64,000 nucleotides of DNA, taken from positions 91,946,001 through 92,010,000 of the forward strand of contig OX597822.1 in assembly GCA_951406725.2 (NCBI GenBank), read 5' to 3'. A program made the translations under genes and the position numbers. Origin of the DNA: Octopus vulgaris. Lineage: Eukaryota. Positions 27,000 through 39,448 of the stretch are shown here, one piece after another (within the stretch, counting starts at the first letter, position 1; each line of letters begins with the position of its first letter). The notes beneath the pieces are model-generated. The model was not told the origin of the DNA, made no database searches, and saw only the letters and a list, made by a program, of their open reading frames with translations.

Positions 27000-28560
27000 G
27001 CAACAAAAATGCCCTCATTCTGTTGGACATGGTGCAATAAACTCTAGTGTGGATGCACCACTGTCGAGGAGATTATCAAGGTTGGCAAATAGACTGGATT
27101 CAAACTGACAGCCTCTGTCAGTTGTAATGGTCAAAAGAGCTCCAAAATGTGAAATCCATTCAGCCTTTGCTACAATGAGAGATGAGATTACTTTAATTGA
27201 AAAACAGTACATGCAAGTCAAAAGATACATATTATCTTGAACTGGTGGTAATGGACCCACAATGTCTACTTAGATGTGTTTGAAGCAAGCAGCAAGGGTG
27301 CCTAAAGATGTTTTGATATGATGTTTGGTCTTTGGCTTTCTGTCACACCCAATTACAACTACCCTTTTGCATACTAGGCCATACAAAACGACTTGAGGTC
27401 AATTTCACTGCTGCCAAAATATCAGGATGAGATAAATTATGAAGAGTGAAGAAAACAATTCGCTTATGACTCTTTGAAACATAAGCCTGAGAATAACCAG
27501 TAGAAACATCACACTATATAGATGAATCAGAAGAATTTAATCTTTTCTACTCTAGGCACAAGGACCGAAATTTTGGGGGTGGGTGCCAGTCGATTAGATC
27601 GATTCCAGTGTTCAACTGGTACTTAATTTATCAACCCCAAAAAGATGAAAGGCAAAGTCGACCTCGGCGGAGTTTGAACTCAAGATGTAAAGACAGATGA
27701 AATACTGCTAAGCATTTTGCCCAGCATGCTAATGTTTCTGCCAACTCACCACCTTATCAGAAAAATATAATGGCAACAGACAATCCAAAGAAAGTGATTC
27801 CAATTTTCGATGTTGTAAAAATTCCTCCTCTTTTTCTTGATCCAAAGCATTCTGTTGCAAATCAATTGAATCATGAGTTTGCAAAGCATTAACATGAATA
27901 TGCAGTAAGGTATCCACAGCTAGATTATCATTACCCTTGATGCAACAGATATCCACAGTGAACTGCAAAATAAAATCAAGATGTCTGGTATCTCTAGGGG
28001 GAAATGTTTACCTGTTTTAAATTGCAGTACAAAGGTCAATGGTTTATGATTGGTGAAAGTTGTAAACTGTCACCCTTCTGAAAAATGCTGAAAATGTTTC
28101 ACTGCTAAATAAGCTGCTAAAGGTTCTCTACTATAAAGTGTTGTATCCCATTTCTACCAGCTTCAAGTGCTCAGAAAAAAAGAAAGGGGTTACCAAGCAT
28201 TGTAGATGGTTGTCGCAAAACTATGCTGATACCTCTGTCTGAAGCATTAGAGCTAATGGTACTTCTTGAACCAGATGTGCCAACAGTGTAACTCTCAATA
28301 AGTTGTCCTTAATATTATTGAAAGCTGTCAATGATGCTGAATTTAATGATATTGTTTCATTTTTTTTTTTTCTGATAATGTAGCATGATGAGAAGAAAAA
28401 TACTCTCTGTACAATGTGGAATGAATCTTCTATAGAAGGTAATAAGTCCAAGAAATTCTCGTAACTTCCCAAGTGAAATAGGAACTGGAATATCACGAAC
28501 AGCATTGACTTTCTTCTTTATGGGCGAATTCTATCTTTATTAATGACATATCCCAAAAAT
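27000..28560 (-). mobile_element. Second Gypsy remnant (RT thumb, RNase H, integrase), interrupted by a SINE at 27540-27754
   Basis: IKGNDNLAVDTL, GPLPP...YLLT, ITTDRGCQFESSLF. Confidence 0.85.
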
Positions 28561-28593
28561 GTGATGGAAGGGATACCAAAAAAAAAACAGTTA

Positions 28594-29871
28594 CTGTAAA
28601 AACCCATGTAATTTATGCACTTTAGGGAGTGCATAAATTACATGAGTAGATCGTTTCCAGGTTTTTTCTTTTTTTTTTTAAATTCTTTTGTTGGAAAAAG
28701 ACATACAAAACTTGAACATTCATGCCAGAAGTTGGCCCATTTAATGTCAGAATAGGTTTTTACAGAAAAAATAATGGCTTAAATATAATGAAGTTGACTT
28801 TTAATTATGCTGGATGGTATAATGCTTACATTTTTTGTATAAATTTACTAAAACCGTTAAATGGCCAACTACTTCTTGAAGTCTGATGTTCATGCTAGTA
28901 AACATAGTCCAGGCCATATTTTACATTGCTTGGAGTTGCTACCTATTACAATGGAGCACCATTGACATACATAGTGATATGGATATTCCTGACTGAAAAA
29001 AATGTTATGATATGGATAATCTTGATTGTATGGTTTTATTTTTGTCTGTTTATAACTAGGTACAATTTTAAGTTGGTCATACTGTTTATGCCAATTTCGA
29101 ACATTAGCTTCATTAACATTAAAATGCCTTCTGGCAGCTCTATTGCCATGTTCAAATGCATATTCAGCATATTCAATTTCTCCTTCGCAGTAAACAAATC
29201 ATAAGTTCTGCCCATACTGGCAATAATGGTAATGACAAATTTTAAAGTTTGCTTGACATTTTATAAGTGTGAAAGGGATTAAAATTTCGATACTCCATAT
29301 CAAAGATTCCAACAAGAATAGGCAGAAAAGAATTCTATTTACATAATCAGTTTGATCGGTCACCTTCCTCTGTCAGTTGAGTAAAGCGTCATCCAAGCTG
29401 ATGTTTATTGGTAATTAAACTTATTTTGCAACACCTGTGCGTATTTATCAGCATTGTTTTTGTTGGTAATTCTTATCAACAACTTTTCCTGTGATCATGA
29501 TTTGAGAAGACATACAGCAGTATGATCAAACATAATCTCTTACATACAGAAGTAAAGATAGGACAAAATTTCTTGTGGACAAGAGATGTAAAATAAAGTT
29601 TATTATAAACAACACAAACACTTTGTAATTTAATAGCTTTCAATATGATACCTGTTAAACAGAAATTATTTTTATTTGATGAAAACTTAATAAGTAAGTG
29701 AAATTATGCTAAATACAACTAAATTGAAAATCTTCTTCCCTGGCTATATCAGCAATTCTGAAAACATTTGGGTGCAAATTTTACATGAGTAGAAGCTTTT
29801 TTTAACAAATCTTATCCAGAAAATCACCTGTGTAAATTACACAGGTGCGCAAATTACATGAGTTTTTACAG
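28594..29871 (-). mobile_element. Internally deleted pogo-like (Brinker-type DNA-binding domain) DNA transposon
   Basis: 27-bp TIRs CTGTAAAAACCCATGTAATTTATGCAC (24/27 match), TA flank; minus frame AEYAFEHGNRAARRHFNVNEANVRNWHKQ at ~29060-29200. Confidence 0.8.
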
Positions 29872-29873
29872 TG

Positions 29874-29914
<41 letters not shown>

Positions 29915-30122
29915 ATGTATATATATATACTGAAACATATTCTTTCCAACTGTTCACTAGCATTGAGTAGATATACATGGAGACACAATCTGTGCCTTAA
30001 GGTTAATATTTAATATCATATACATTTTTATATGTACATGCATGAAACTGATAAACCAAATACAATTTACAATAAAAATTTTCAGGTTTTGATTAAAATG
30101 CCAGCAACTTCAGAGCAAATTA

Positions 30123-33100
30123 ATGTCTCTGACTGCAAGATGCAAGCAAGACAGTGAAACTGTTCTGCATGCGATTGTGCAATGCCCCAAGGTGACTGAG
30201 CTCTGGGCTTATGTTGAACACCTGCTGTCGCATTCGAGAAGAGTACAACTGTCGAGTGAATCTGTAATTAAGATAGTTCCACTGACCTCCCTGAATAGGG
30301 AGGAGCGAGCCTGTTTTCTCTTGGTAGTTGCTGTTGCGAAAGAGTTAGTATGGGAGACAAGAGTGAAAGGAATTGTAACAGGCATGTTCATCTCCAGTCT
30401 CGAGCTAATCGACTTTTTCATTTTCCACATGAAACGGAAAATAAGGCAATTCCTTTCACTCTCGTCTTCCATACTATCTCTTGGACCTTCTAGAAGATGG
30501 CAGAAGTTTCACAGCAAGATAAGCACAAATTAGTGATGTGTAGGTCGCATATAGATAAGATTCATAAACAGGGATCTGGTTATTGGGAGTTGAACAAGTT
30601 CCTATTGGATTGCAAAACTTACCGCAGCTAGATTAATGTGTTAGTGATGAGGGCACTAACCGGCACTGTGTCGAATAACTGGTGGTGGGGTGACCTCAAA
30701 AAAGCCATTCGATATTGAGTCAACTATATTTAGCAAGCAGTTAAGTTTGTAGCAGACTAGAGTAGAAAGAGAACTAGTTAAGGTGTTAGAAGAGTCACTG
30801 AGAATGGGCTCTGCACCCTAAGTTTTGGCGGTGAGATCAGCCTTGGACCAACACCTCAATGCCAAACACGAAGGAAGCAAGGTTCGGGCTAAAGTATGTG
30901 CACTGTGTCACGAGGGTATCAACATTACCAGGTGGGCTCGCTCAGTAGAAACCCAATGTGGCGTAGATGCTACGATTAGGTCTGTGGTTAATGAACATGG
31001 ACAGAAGATCGAAGGACAGGAGGAGATGTGCAAAGCCTTTCATGAGCAGTTTGCTGCATTGTTCGGGAGGAGCGGGATTTGCTGGCTGGCGGCCCACGTT
31101 TCTCAGCGCGCGATGCTGAGCACTGTAAAGGGCTGATCACAGCTAAGGAGGTTATAGAGGTGCTTTCCGAGTGCCTCAGGGACAAGACGCCGGGATTGGA
31201 TGGTCTACCTTACAAACTTCATAAAAGAATGCCATAATAACCAGTGTTAATGCAAATTGGCAGCAGAATGAGAGAATTCCCAAATCTGTGAGCCGCTGAG
31301 TTGTGACAATGATCAGTAAGGACTCGAGCAAAGGGGATAACGTAAATAATTTTAGGCCCATGACTCTGCTAAACACAGAGTTAAAGATTTTGACCAAGGT
31401 TCTAGCCAAGAGAATGAGGATTGTCATGGGTGGTAGAAGCACAGACATGTGCCATTTCCATTAGGACGATATTCTCACAGCCTCATCCAGCCGTCACAAT
31501 TTGGATTTATTCCTAACTCCAGCTGCCGTAATCAACTCATCGAGTTTCTTGAGGACGTTACCCAAATCACTGATCGCGGATCCTGGGTGGATGTTGTTTA
31601 CCTGGACTTTGCTAAGGCTTTTAACTCTGTGCCACACAAAAGACTCATGGTGAAGCTCTCTGCGTTGGGCATAAGAGACGAACTCTATAACTGGTTGAAG
31701 TCCTTTATTTTCGGCCGAAAAGAGGTTGTCACAGTTCTAGGACAGCACTCTTCACCCTATGAGATGACGTCTGGTGTACCACGGGGATCTGTTCTTGGCC
31801 CCCTTTTATTTGTTGCATATGTTAAAGACATAGATGCCAACTTAAAGAATGCCACAGTGCTGAAATATGCAGATGACATCAAGCTGTACCTCGAAATAAA
31901 GAGGTCAGATCCTGTACACTATAGATCTCTATTGCAAGCAGACCTGGACACAATACAGCAATGGATCGGACTGGCAACTCAAGCTGGCTGTGGACAAATG
32001 TAACACCATGCATTTTGGGAGGAGAAACCCAGCGTCCACCTATTCCCTCCACAACACTAATCTCAAAAAGTCTTCGTGTGAACGTGACCTGGGTGTTATT
32101 GTCGACAGTGATTTGTGTTGGAGAAAACACATCACTAAAATTGTCAAGAAGGCTGAGGGTGTCTTGGCATCACTCACCAAATCCTTTGTGAGCCGCTCTC
32201 CGACTATCTATCTGCGGCTTTATATAGCTATGGTAAGACCTCATCTGGAATTTGCATCACCGGTCTGGAACCCCTATCTTGCCCAGGATATCAATTGTCT
32301 GGAAGCCGTTCAGTGATGTACAACCAAAAGAATACCCTCCATCAGGCATTTGCCATATTCTGAATGCCTTACTTCCCTGGGCATGGACACATTGAAACTC
32401 CGACGTCTGGCAGCTGATTTGACAGACACCCATAAAATTATCAACCATCTTATGAACAATAACTCTGAGCACCTTTTCAAACTCCACCCGTGAACATATT
32501 TACAAAGTCAGAAAGCAGCACAGCTCCCATGACTTTAGGAAACATTTTTTCACGCTGAGAGTTGCTGAAGCATGGAACAAACTGCTGGCATTGGTTGTTA
32601 GTTGTCGGAGCACTGCATCCTTCAAAACTTCCATGCTTTCTGAGATTCGCCAACACTACACGTGATTTCCTCTCCTCCATACACACACAAGCATGTATCT
32701 GACTCATACATTGTTCGCTTTCCAGATATTTGTACATTACTGCATACACTTTATACATACTTTCTGACAAGTTGTGGTGCACCTGAGCACTGTATACAAT
32801 AATTTCATTATTATATTCGATAACCTTCATCTCATACGCTACACCATATAGAGGGTGGGTAAATTTCCTGGCAAAGGTGGGGCACTGGTGAACTTAGACC
32901 AGTCTAAAGCATTCGATAGTGTTGACCATTGGTATCTGGCGGCAGTCGGACTGGGCCCAACTTTCTGAGACTGGATCGAAGCTTTATACAGCAACATTGA
33001 ATCTGTCGTCCGGGTTACCATCATCGTGTCTGATGAAGGGCAGCTACCTTGTGTAGAAGATGTTATCAAAGGATACAAAGCAGTGGCAGGGACAAAAATT

Positions 33101-33780
33101 AACCAGAAAAAATTAGTTGGCTTGCAACTCGCCACACGGCGTGGCAAGTCGATACTTCCCAACTGTGTCGTTGGACACTGGACTGAGGGCCCAGTTAAAT
33201 TGCTTAGGATCTTGTTTGCATCAGATCTCCAGGTGGAGAAAAATTAGAGCGAGGTAACGAGTAAGGTGACGGCCAGAACCCAGATCTTGTCTGAGAGGCC
33301 GTTATCCTTGCTAGGCAGGGCCAAGGTTACACAGGTGTTTATAGCATCCGTGATAACCTACCGCCTGACCATCCTGCCTTACCCCAGTTTGTGGCTGACC
33401 AAGCTGGAAAGGATCCTTTTTCACTTTTTGTGGAAGGGGAAGCCACAATTTGTGAGGCGCTCCATCTGCTGTCAGGAACCATAAAAGAGTGGACTGGAGA
33501 TGCCTTGGCTGATGATGCGTAAGCATGCGTTGTGGCTGAGGCATCTCCGGCGCTACCTGGATGGTGAAACAGCTTTTTCCACAATTGGAGTCCCTCAGGG
33601 GCTTAGGTACATGGATCAGACGGAGACCTAAGATGGGGGGATGGCAGAGGGAGTGCTGACAATTGCTCACTCTATTCTCCCAAGCAAGTAATACCGGAAG
33701 CGAGGTTACCACTGTGGAATTTTGTAGTGGGTTGGTAGAGTTTAAGTCTGACGACGTCCTGGGGAGGCTCTGAGCTTTGA
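30123..33780 (+). mobile_element. Degenerate Tx1/L1-like LINE (scrambled, internally deleted) hosting a CR1 insertion
   Basis: ETVLHAIVQC (zf-RVT), PGLDGLP, NFRPMTLLNTELKIL, LDQSKAFDSVDH, LSLLGRAKV, FLWKGK. Confidence 0.82.
31475..32812 (+). mobile_element. 5'-truncated CR1-type LINE
   Basis: QFGF, VYLDFAKAFNSVPH, SGVPRGSVLGP, KYADDIKL, VRPHLEFASPVWNP; (ATT)n tail; TSD ATATTC at 31469-31474 and 32813-32818. Confidence 0.92.
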
Positions 33781-34006
33781 CGACATGGTCGCAGCTCCAT
33801 CAGTCAATGCCGTCAAGAACAGGCTTGACACACACTGGAGGGAGCTTCCTGCAAAATTTGACCCTGTATGTTACTATTAGCTACAACTGTCGAAGTGTTG
33901 TACTACACATGACAAATTAATTTTACTAGTGGAAAAGGACCTGTGAACAAGCTCCTAGGAGCTTCAACATGGAAACCATCCAGTATCTAGTGATGTTACA
34001 AGTTTT

Positions 34007-35076
34007 TGTAGTGAAACACATCCTCTCTCTCTGAGATATACAATACAAATAACATCGTGGCAGTTAGCAGCCATCCTTCGACTGCTTAGGATCAGTTGTG
34101 TCCACTGCCCTGATTGGTTGGTTTTGGTGCAATTTTATCTCTTGCTTTATTTCGCACCAATGTGTAAACTAACCAATCACAACCTTCAGATAAGGTCCCT
34201 GACACAGTCTTCTAGGTTCTTCTCTAGAGCCCACTAAAACCCTTTAAAGGTGGTCACGACAAACCATTTGGGTCTTTGGCTCTAGTCCTTCTTAGGACAA
34301 ACCTCTGACCACAGAGCGACTTAGCCATGTTCCAGCGGCAGACAGCGCCAACACCAATGCAGTATTTCAGGACTTCTCCACCGTTGCCATCGCCATCTTC
34401 AACTTCACCTTAACGCCGTCATCACCACCGTCGCCTTAAGCTTATCGACATCACCAACATGGCTACGGACACACCATCACCAACATCGTTCCAGGTTTAA
34501 CTTCACGCTGTTAACAGCTCCGGTCTACCTGCGAGAACTTACTGTACCAAAGTAACCCGGCATAGGATAGAAACCACAATCGCTATATGACATGTGTTCA
34601 ACCGGCTCTCCACTTTGCCCCAACTTCATTGATACAGAACCTCTGCTATGGTGTGTCTTACACCGAACTGGTATTTACCAACATCTTGTCTGAACATTCA
34701 TTTAGTATCCTGAGAGACTCATTTTCTATTGTTCTTTATTATTCTGTACACACAACGCACTCACGAACACACAGACACACACTTGTTTGTACTTACATTG
34801 CATACACAGACACACTCTGCTAGCACACATACACATACTTGTGACACGCACACAGAAACATACTTGTCGCACTCATAGACCAACACTCTGCTCCTCACAA
34901 GCACTACTGTAAATAAAGTCTTTTCTCTTATACATTATACGGTTGTGTTTTCTCTTTATTCTTTCTTGGCACTGGTATTCTTTTATTCTGTGTGTTTTGG
35001 CTTTTATTGTAGGCGACTGTGCGGCGTTTAAAAGAAGACATTCATCACCATCTCCTTTACGTACAGTCGCTCTACA
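34007..35076 (+). mobile_element. Solo LTR
   Basis: TGTAG...CTACA termini, TTTT on both flanks (4-bp TSD), CCAAT motifs, AATAAA at ~34912 followed by a GT/T-rich tract. Confidence 0.75.
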
Positions 35077-35483
35077 TTTTCTTTCAATTAATATTATATG
35101 TTAATGCATTTTGTCCGGTAATAAATATGTTATGACTTATTACAGACGTCTCGCAAATTCTTATTTTCTTGTCATTACGTACAAGATGGTGACCCCCTCT
35201 TTCTCTCATGCTTATTAAATTATAGGATGTCACTTAATCGACATCACTATAAGTGAAACAATATCATAGTCTTATAAAAGTGAAACAATATTATATCACA
35301 TTACAATATAGATATTCTTTCACTTTTGACACGAAATACCAAACCAGTGCCAATGTTATATTGTTTTAATCGATATGAAAAAGAAAATTATGTTGACTCT
35401 CACGGGATCTGTAAAATTTTTCCTTGTAAAATTTGATTTGGTAGAGCTGTTTGAGAATGCATAGGGAACAGAGAAACAAAGAA

Positions 35484-36240
35484 GGATTTTTTCCTTTTGA
35501 ATGGCACATGTCAACACAATTTCTAGTTAACTAAACACTTTAAAACTTCGTATACTGGTAGAATGTGTCAAAATAAAACATTTTTTCCTCTTGGCTTTCT
35601 TGATAAAATTGTAATTCGTTTGTTTAATTTTTCGAATTTTAACCAATCAGTTGCCTCTAATTGAGCCAAAATCATTTGCTGCGTCTAAAACTGAGACAAC
35701 ATCCTGTCACTAACCCTAAACCTAAATTTTAGAATTTCGTTTTGTTTTTTTTCTTAATTGTTAAATTAATTTAAGGATAACAATTAAGAAAAAAAAAACG
35801 AAAGGCTAAAACGAAAGCAATGGAAAATAATTTAAACAATTAACAAACAAAATAATTCTATAATTTTATACATAACGAAAGGCTAAAACGAAAGCAAAAA
35901 CTCAAAATAAAAACAAAACGAATAATTTTAGACACACGCGTAACAATTAAAAAAAAAAAAACGAAGGGCTAAAATTTAGGGTTTGGGTGAGGGTGAGGGT
36001 TAAGGTTAGTGACAGGATGTCTCAGTTTTAGACGCAGCAAACGATTTTAGCTCACTAGAGGCGATTCATTGGTTAAAATTCGAAAAATTAAACTACGTTA
36101 AACAAACAAATTAAAATTTTCTCAAGAAAGCCAAGAGAAAAAAATGTTTTATTTGGACACATTCTACCAGTATACGAAGTTTAAAAGCGTTAGTTAACTA
36201 GAAATTGTGTTGACATGTGCCGTTCAAAAGGAAAAGATCC
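35484..36240. mobile_element. Foldback Merlin-type MITE with ~250-bp inverted arms and TTAGGG-like repeats
   Basis: GGAT(T/C)TTTTCCTTTTGAA...TTCAAAAGGAAAAGATCC; related to 39023-39448 and the partial copy at 40491-40645. Confidence 0.8.
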
Positions 36241-36242
36241 GA

Positions 36243-36336
36243 AAGTGTCTTGCTCAAGAACACAACACGCAGGCCGATCACGGGATTCGAGGTCACAACC
36301 TCACGATCGTAAGCTCGACGCTCTAACCACTGAGCC

Positions 36337-36337
<1 letters not shown>
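36243..36337 (-). mobile_element. tRNA-derived SINE head (truncated)
   Basis: Minus strand TGGCTCAGTGGTTAGAGCG...CCTCGAATCC. Confidence 0.7.
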
Positions 36338-36379
<42 letters not shown>

Positions 36380-36380
<1 letters not shown>

Positions 36381-37503
36381 GCTCGTGGAAAATCACAAGA
36401 GACGAAAGAAGCTTCATTCTATCATAAAGGAAAACAAAAAATTTGCTATTGATCTCGTGCAGGATACCCAAACTGAACAACCCGAGGGAAGTACGGCAAC
36501 TATTGTTGCAAAGAAGGTGAAAATGATGGCAACGAAAAAAGCGCACGAGCAATTGGCTGATAGGTGGGAGGAGAAACCTCTGCACGGCAAATATGTGACC
36601 CGCAGCAAACAAGCTGATGTTGACCAGAAGCAAACCCATCAGTGGATACGGAGCTCAGGGCTAAAAGCAGAGAGCGAAGGTTTCATCCTGGCTGCTCAAG
36701 ATCAAAGCCTATTAACCCGGAACTACCAGGCCAATGCGATGAAAAATGGAGCAGACCCAAAATGCCGATTCTACAACGACATGATTGAAACAGTGGACCA
36801 TCTAATCTCTGGATGTAAAGTCTTAGCACCAGTGGAGTATAAATTAAGACATGACAGAGTTGGCCAATATCTTCACTGGCTAATAAGTCGGCATTACAAT
36901 ATCAAAACTGCCGACAAGTGGTATAATCACCACCCTGAGGCTGTAACTGAAGGAGAAAATGTAACCATTCTGTGGGACTTTCCAGTACATACAAACCGAA
37001 CCATCAAGGCCAATAAACCAGATATTGTTGTGAAAGACCAAAACAATAAAGTTTGCTTATTGATCGATATGAGCATCCCCTGTGATCATAATATCTCAGT
37101 GAAAGAGTTTGACAAGCTCATAAAATATAAAGACCTACTCATTGAAATTGAGAAAATGTGGCATCTCAAGGCGGTTACAATACCAGTGATCGTAGGAGCA
37201 CTAGGAATGATCAAGAAGGGAACCGAAAATTATATGAGAATGATCCCTGGCTTACCATATCTGCAAGAAGTGCAAAAGATTGTCTTAACTGGTACATCAC
37301 ATGTATTGAGAAGAGCATTGTCGATGTGAGAATTGTTGCTGCTCATGTATTTTAATTTAACTTTAAAAAAAAAAAAAAAAAATGAACGAACTATTGAGTT
37401 TGCTTTAATGGCCTACCAATGTATACTATGAGTTTCTTTGCCCTAGGAGTCGGGAAGACACTCGGCAAGAAATGGAAGCAAATTTGAAAGAAGAAAAAAA
37501 AAG
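36380..37503 (+). mobile_element. 5'-truncated R4/Dong non-LTR retrotransposon (restriction-like endonuclease) in a (TAA)n tract
   Basis: ORF 36385-37329: AAQDQ, CRFY...HLISGC knuckle, RHDRV, KPDIVV...IDMSIP...KYKDL; (TAA)n on both flanks. Confidence 0.92.
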
Positions 37504-37510
37504 TAATAAT

Positions 37511-37554
<44 letters not shown>

Positions 37555-37557
<3 letters not shown>

Positions 37558-38110
37558 GCCCTGATGCAGTACCAGGCAGTGGCTCTCATGGCTTCTGATC
37601 TTAACTGATTGGAAGTGTTATCATGTACATTGTTTTGTCTTGGTATAAAAGATGGGCTACAGCAAATATTCTGCTCAATACCACAGATTTGCTTGTCAGT
37701 TGTTTGACTTTAACCAGTTGAGCATGTCCCTTAGTGGCTGACGATATGTGCATCTCTGATCACGAGCAGAAGTAGTGGGGGAGCATCATAGCCATGTGTT
37801 GAGAGGGATTCTTTGGGGTTTGAATAATTCACCTCTGGAAACATGGGTGGTTCTTTCAACATCCTTAAACAACCCTTATTCAGGGACCTTTTGAGTGGGA
37901 TGGGCTACTCAACCTGAAGAAAATTCTAATTGGGCCCCACCTGCAAGGTCATGTGCTGTTTATCTTGATATGAGATCACCATGTCGCGCACATATGGTTG
38001 TGATGCATGTGCCTGGTGTACCTTTATCAGACGGGTAGTCATGATGGGTATATTGGGCTTCGTATATTTTACCCCAGTGTCACTTTGATGGCATGAACTG
38101 CTCTCTCACT
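37555..38110. repeat. Non-coding interspersed element inserted in (TAA)n, possibly Dong-associated
   Basis: Sharp boundaries between two (TAA)n arrays; no ORF. Confidence 0.5.
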
Positions 38111-38140
38111 CAATAATAATAATAATAATAATAATAATAA

Positions 38141-38555
38141 TCTTTTCTACTCTAGGCACAAAACTCGAAATTTTGGGAGGTGGAGGCAAGTTGATTAGAT
38201 CGAACCTCAGTATGCAACTGGTACTTAATGGAGAAGACGGTGAGCTGGCAGAAACGTTAGCACGCCGGACGAAATGCGTAGCCGTATTTCGTCTGTCGTT
38301 ACGCTGTGAGTTCAAATTCCGCCGAGGTCGACTTTGCCTTTCATCCTTTCGGGGTCGATAAATTAAGTACCAGTTACGCACTGGGGTCGATGGAATCGAC
38401 TTAATACCTATGTCTGTCCTTGTTTGTCCCATCTATGTTTAGCCCCTTGTGGGTAATAAAGAAATAGGTACTTAATTTATCAACACCAAAAGGATGAAAG
38501 GTAAAGTCAACCTCGGCGGAACTCAGAACATAGCGGCAGACGAAATACCGCTAAG
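38141..38555. mobile_element. Nested SINEs in opposite orientation
   Basis: Outer copy matches 1681-1897; inner copy ~38240-38468 is + strand. Confidence 0.7.
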
Positions 38556-38559
38556 TATG

Positions 38560-38734
38560 CTTGTAAAACATTTCAGCCTCGTCCACCAAGTCAAGGGAGA
38601 CAACTTCTATTTCGCTATACTGCGTGTTTTTCAATATGTCACTTTTAATTGATGCTAAATACGTCGCATGTTTTCATTTCGACTGCGTTACAAATTAATT
38701 AATGTTTTTTTTTTTTTTTTAAGGAATCAATAAG
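38560..38734 (+). promoter_or_regulatory. Candidate non-coding first exon / promoter-proximal region of GALNT11-like gene
   Basis: Non-repetitive, relatively CpG-retaining stretch ending in a perfect donor AAG|GTAAGT at 38734; coding exon 1 has an acceptor upstream of its ATG, so an upstream exon is required. Confidence 0.35.
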
Positions 38735-39022
38735 GTAAGTGAACGCAATTTTACAAAATAAATTGAAAATATTCTACAATAATCTACATATACAAACTCA
38801 AATGATTGAACTCTCCCTCCGCTTTTATTGTTTTCATGTTTACGAATTTATATCAAAATATGTTTTGACATAATAGAAACCTACACGCGGAAATTCATGG
38901 ATGTAATCGCGTTTTTTTATATATATATATGAGATAAGTTTTGAATATATTATTTCAATGTTTTTCAAATCTGTTAATTTACAATATTTGGCAGATAAGT
39001 CACAAATTTTAAGCCTGAAGTA

Positions 39023-39448
39023 GGATCTTTTCGGTTTGAACGGCTGTTTTTTAATATAATTTCTAGGTAACTAAACACTTTCAAACTTCGTATACTGGTA
39101 GAATGTGTTCATAAAACATCTTTTTCTCTTGGCTTTATTGAGAAAATTCTATAGTTTGTAAGATATTAGTTGTTGTTTTTTCTTCAATTTCTGCAATTTC
39201 AACCAATCAGTGACGTCTATTGAAGTAAAAAACATTCTGTGCCGTATGAATATGTCCCTCGTTTAAGAAACAGATTGGGTTTATTTACATTTGTGAAGAA
39301 AAAAAAGATACCCTTCCCCCACCTCTAACCTTAACCCTAACCCTAAAAGAGATTGAAATGCAATATATCGATTCTAGGGTCATAATTATGGGTGACAATT
39401 TCATAAGAACATCGCTAGGAAAAACTGCCGTTCAAACCGAAAAGATCC
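39023..39448. mobile_element. Merlin-type MITE
   Basis: TIR GGATCTTTTCGGTTTGAACGGC, 8-bp TSD CTGAAGTA (39015-39022, 39449-39456); GG termini with 8-bp TSD fit Merlin. Confidence 0.88.

Noticed and set aside
33030-33062. CTGATGA-AGGG...CCTT hammerhead-like start
   Set aside because: No adjacent GAAA or stems I/III; lies in Tx1 coding sequence
36270-36337. Possible tRNA gene
   Set aside because: No acceptor stem or T-run terminator, and it continues into SINE body; treated as a SINE head
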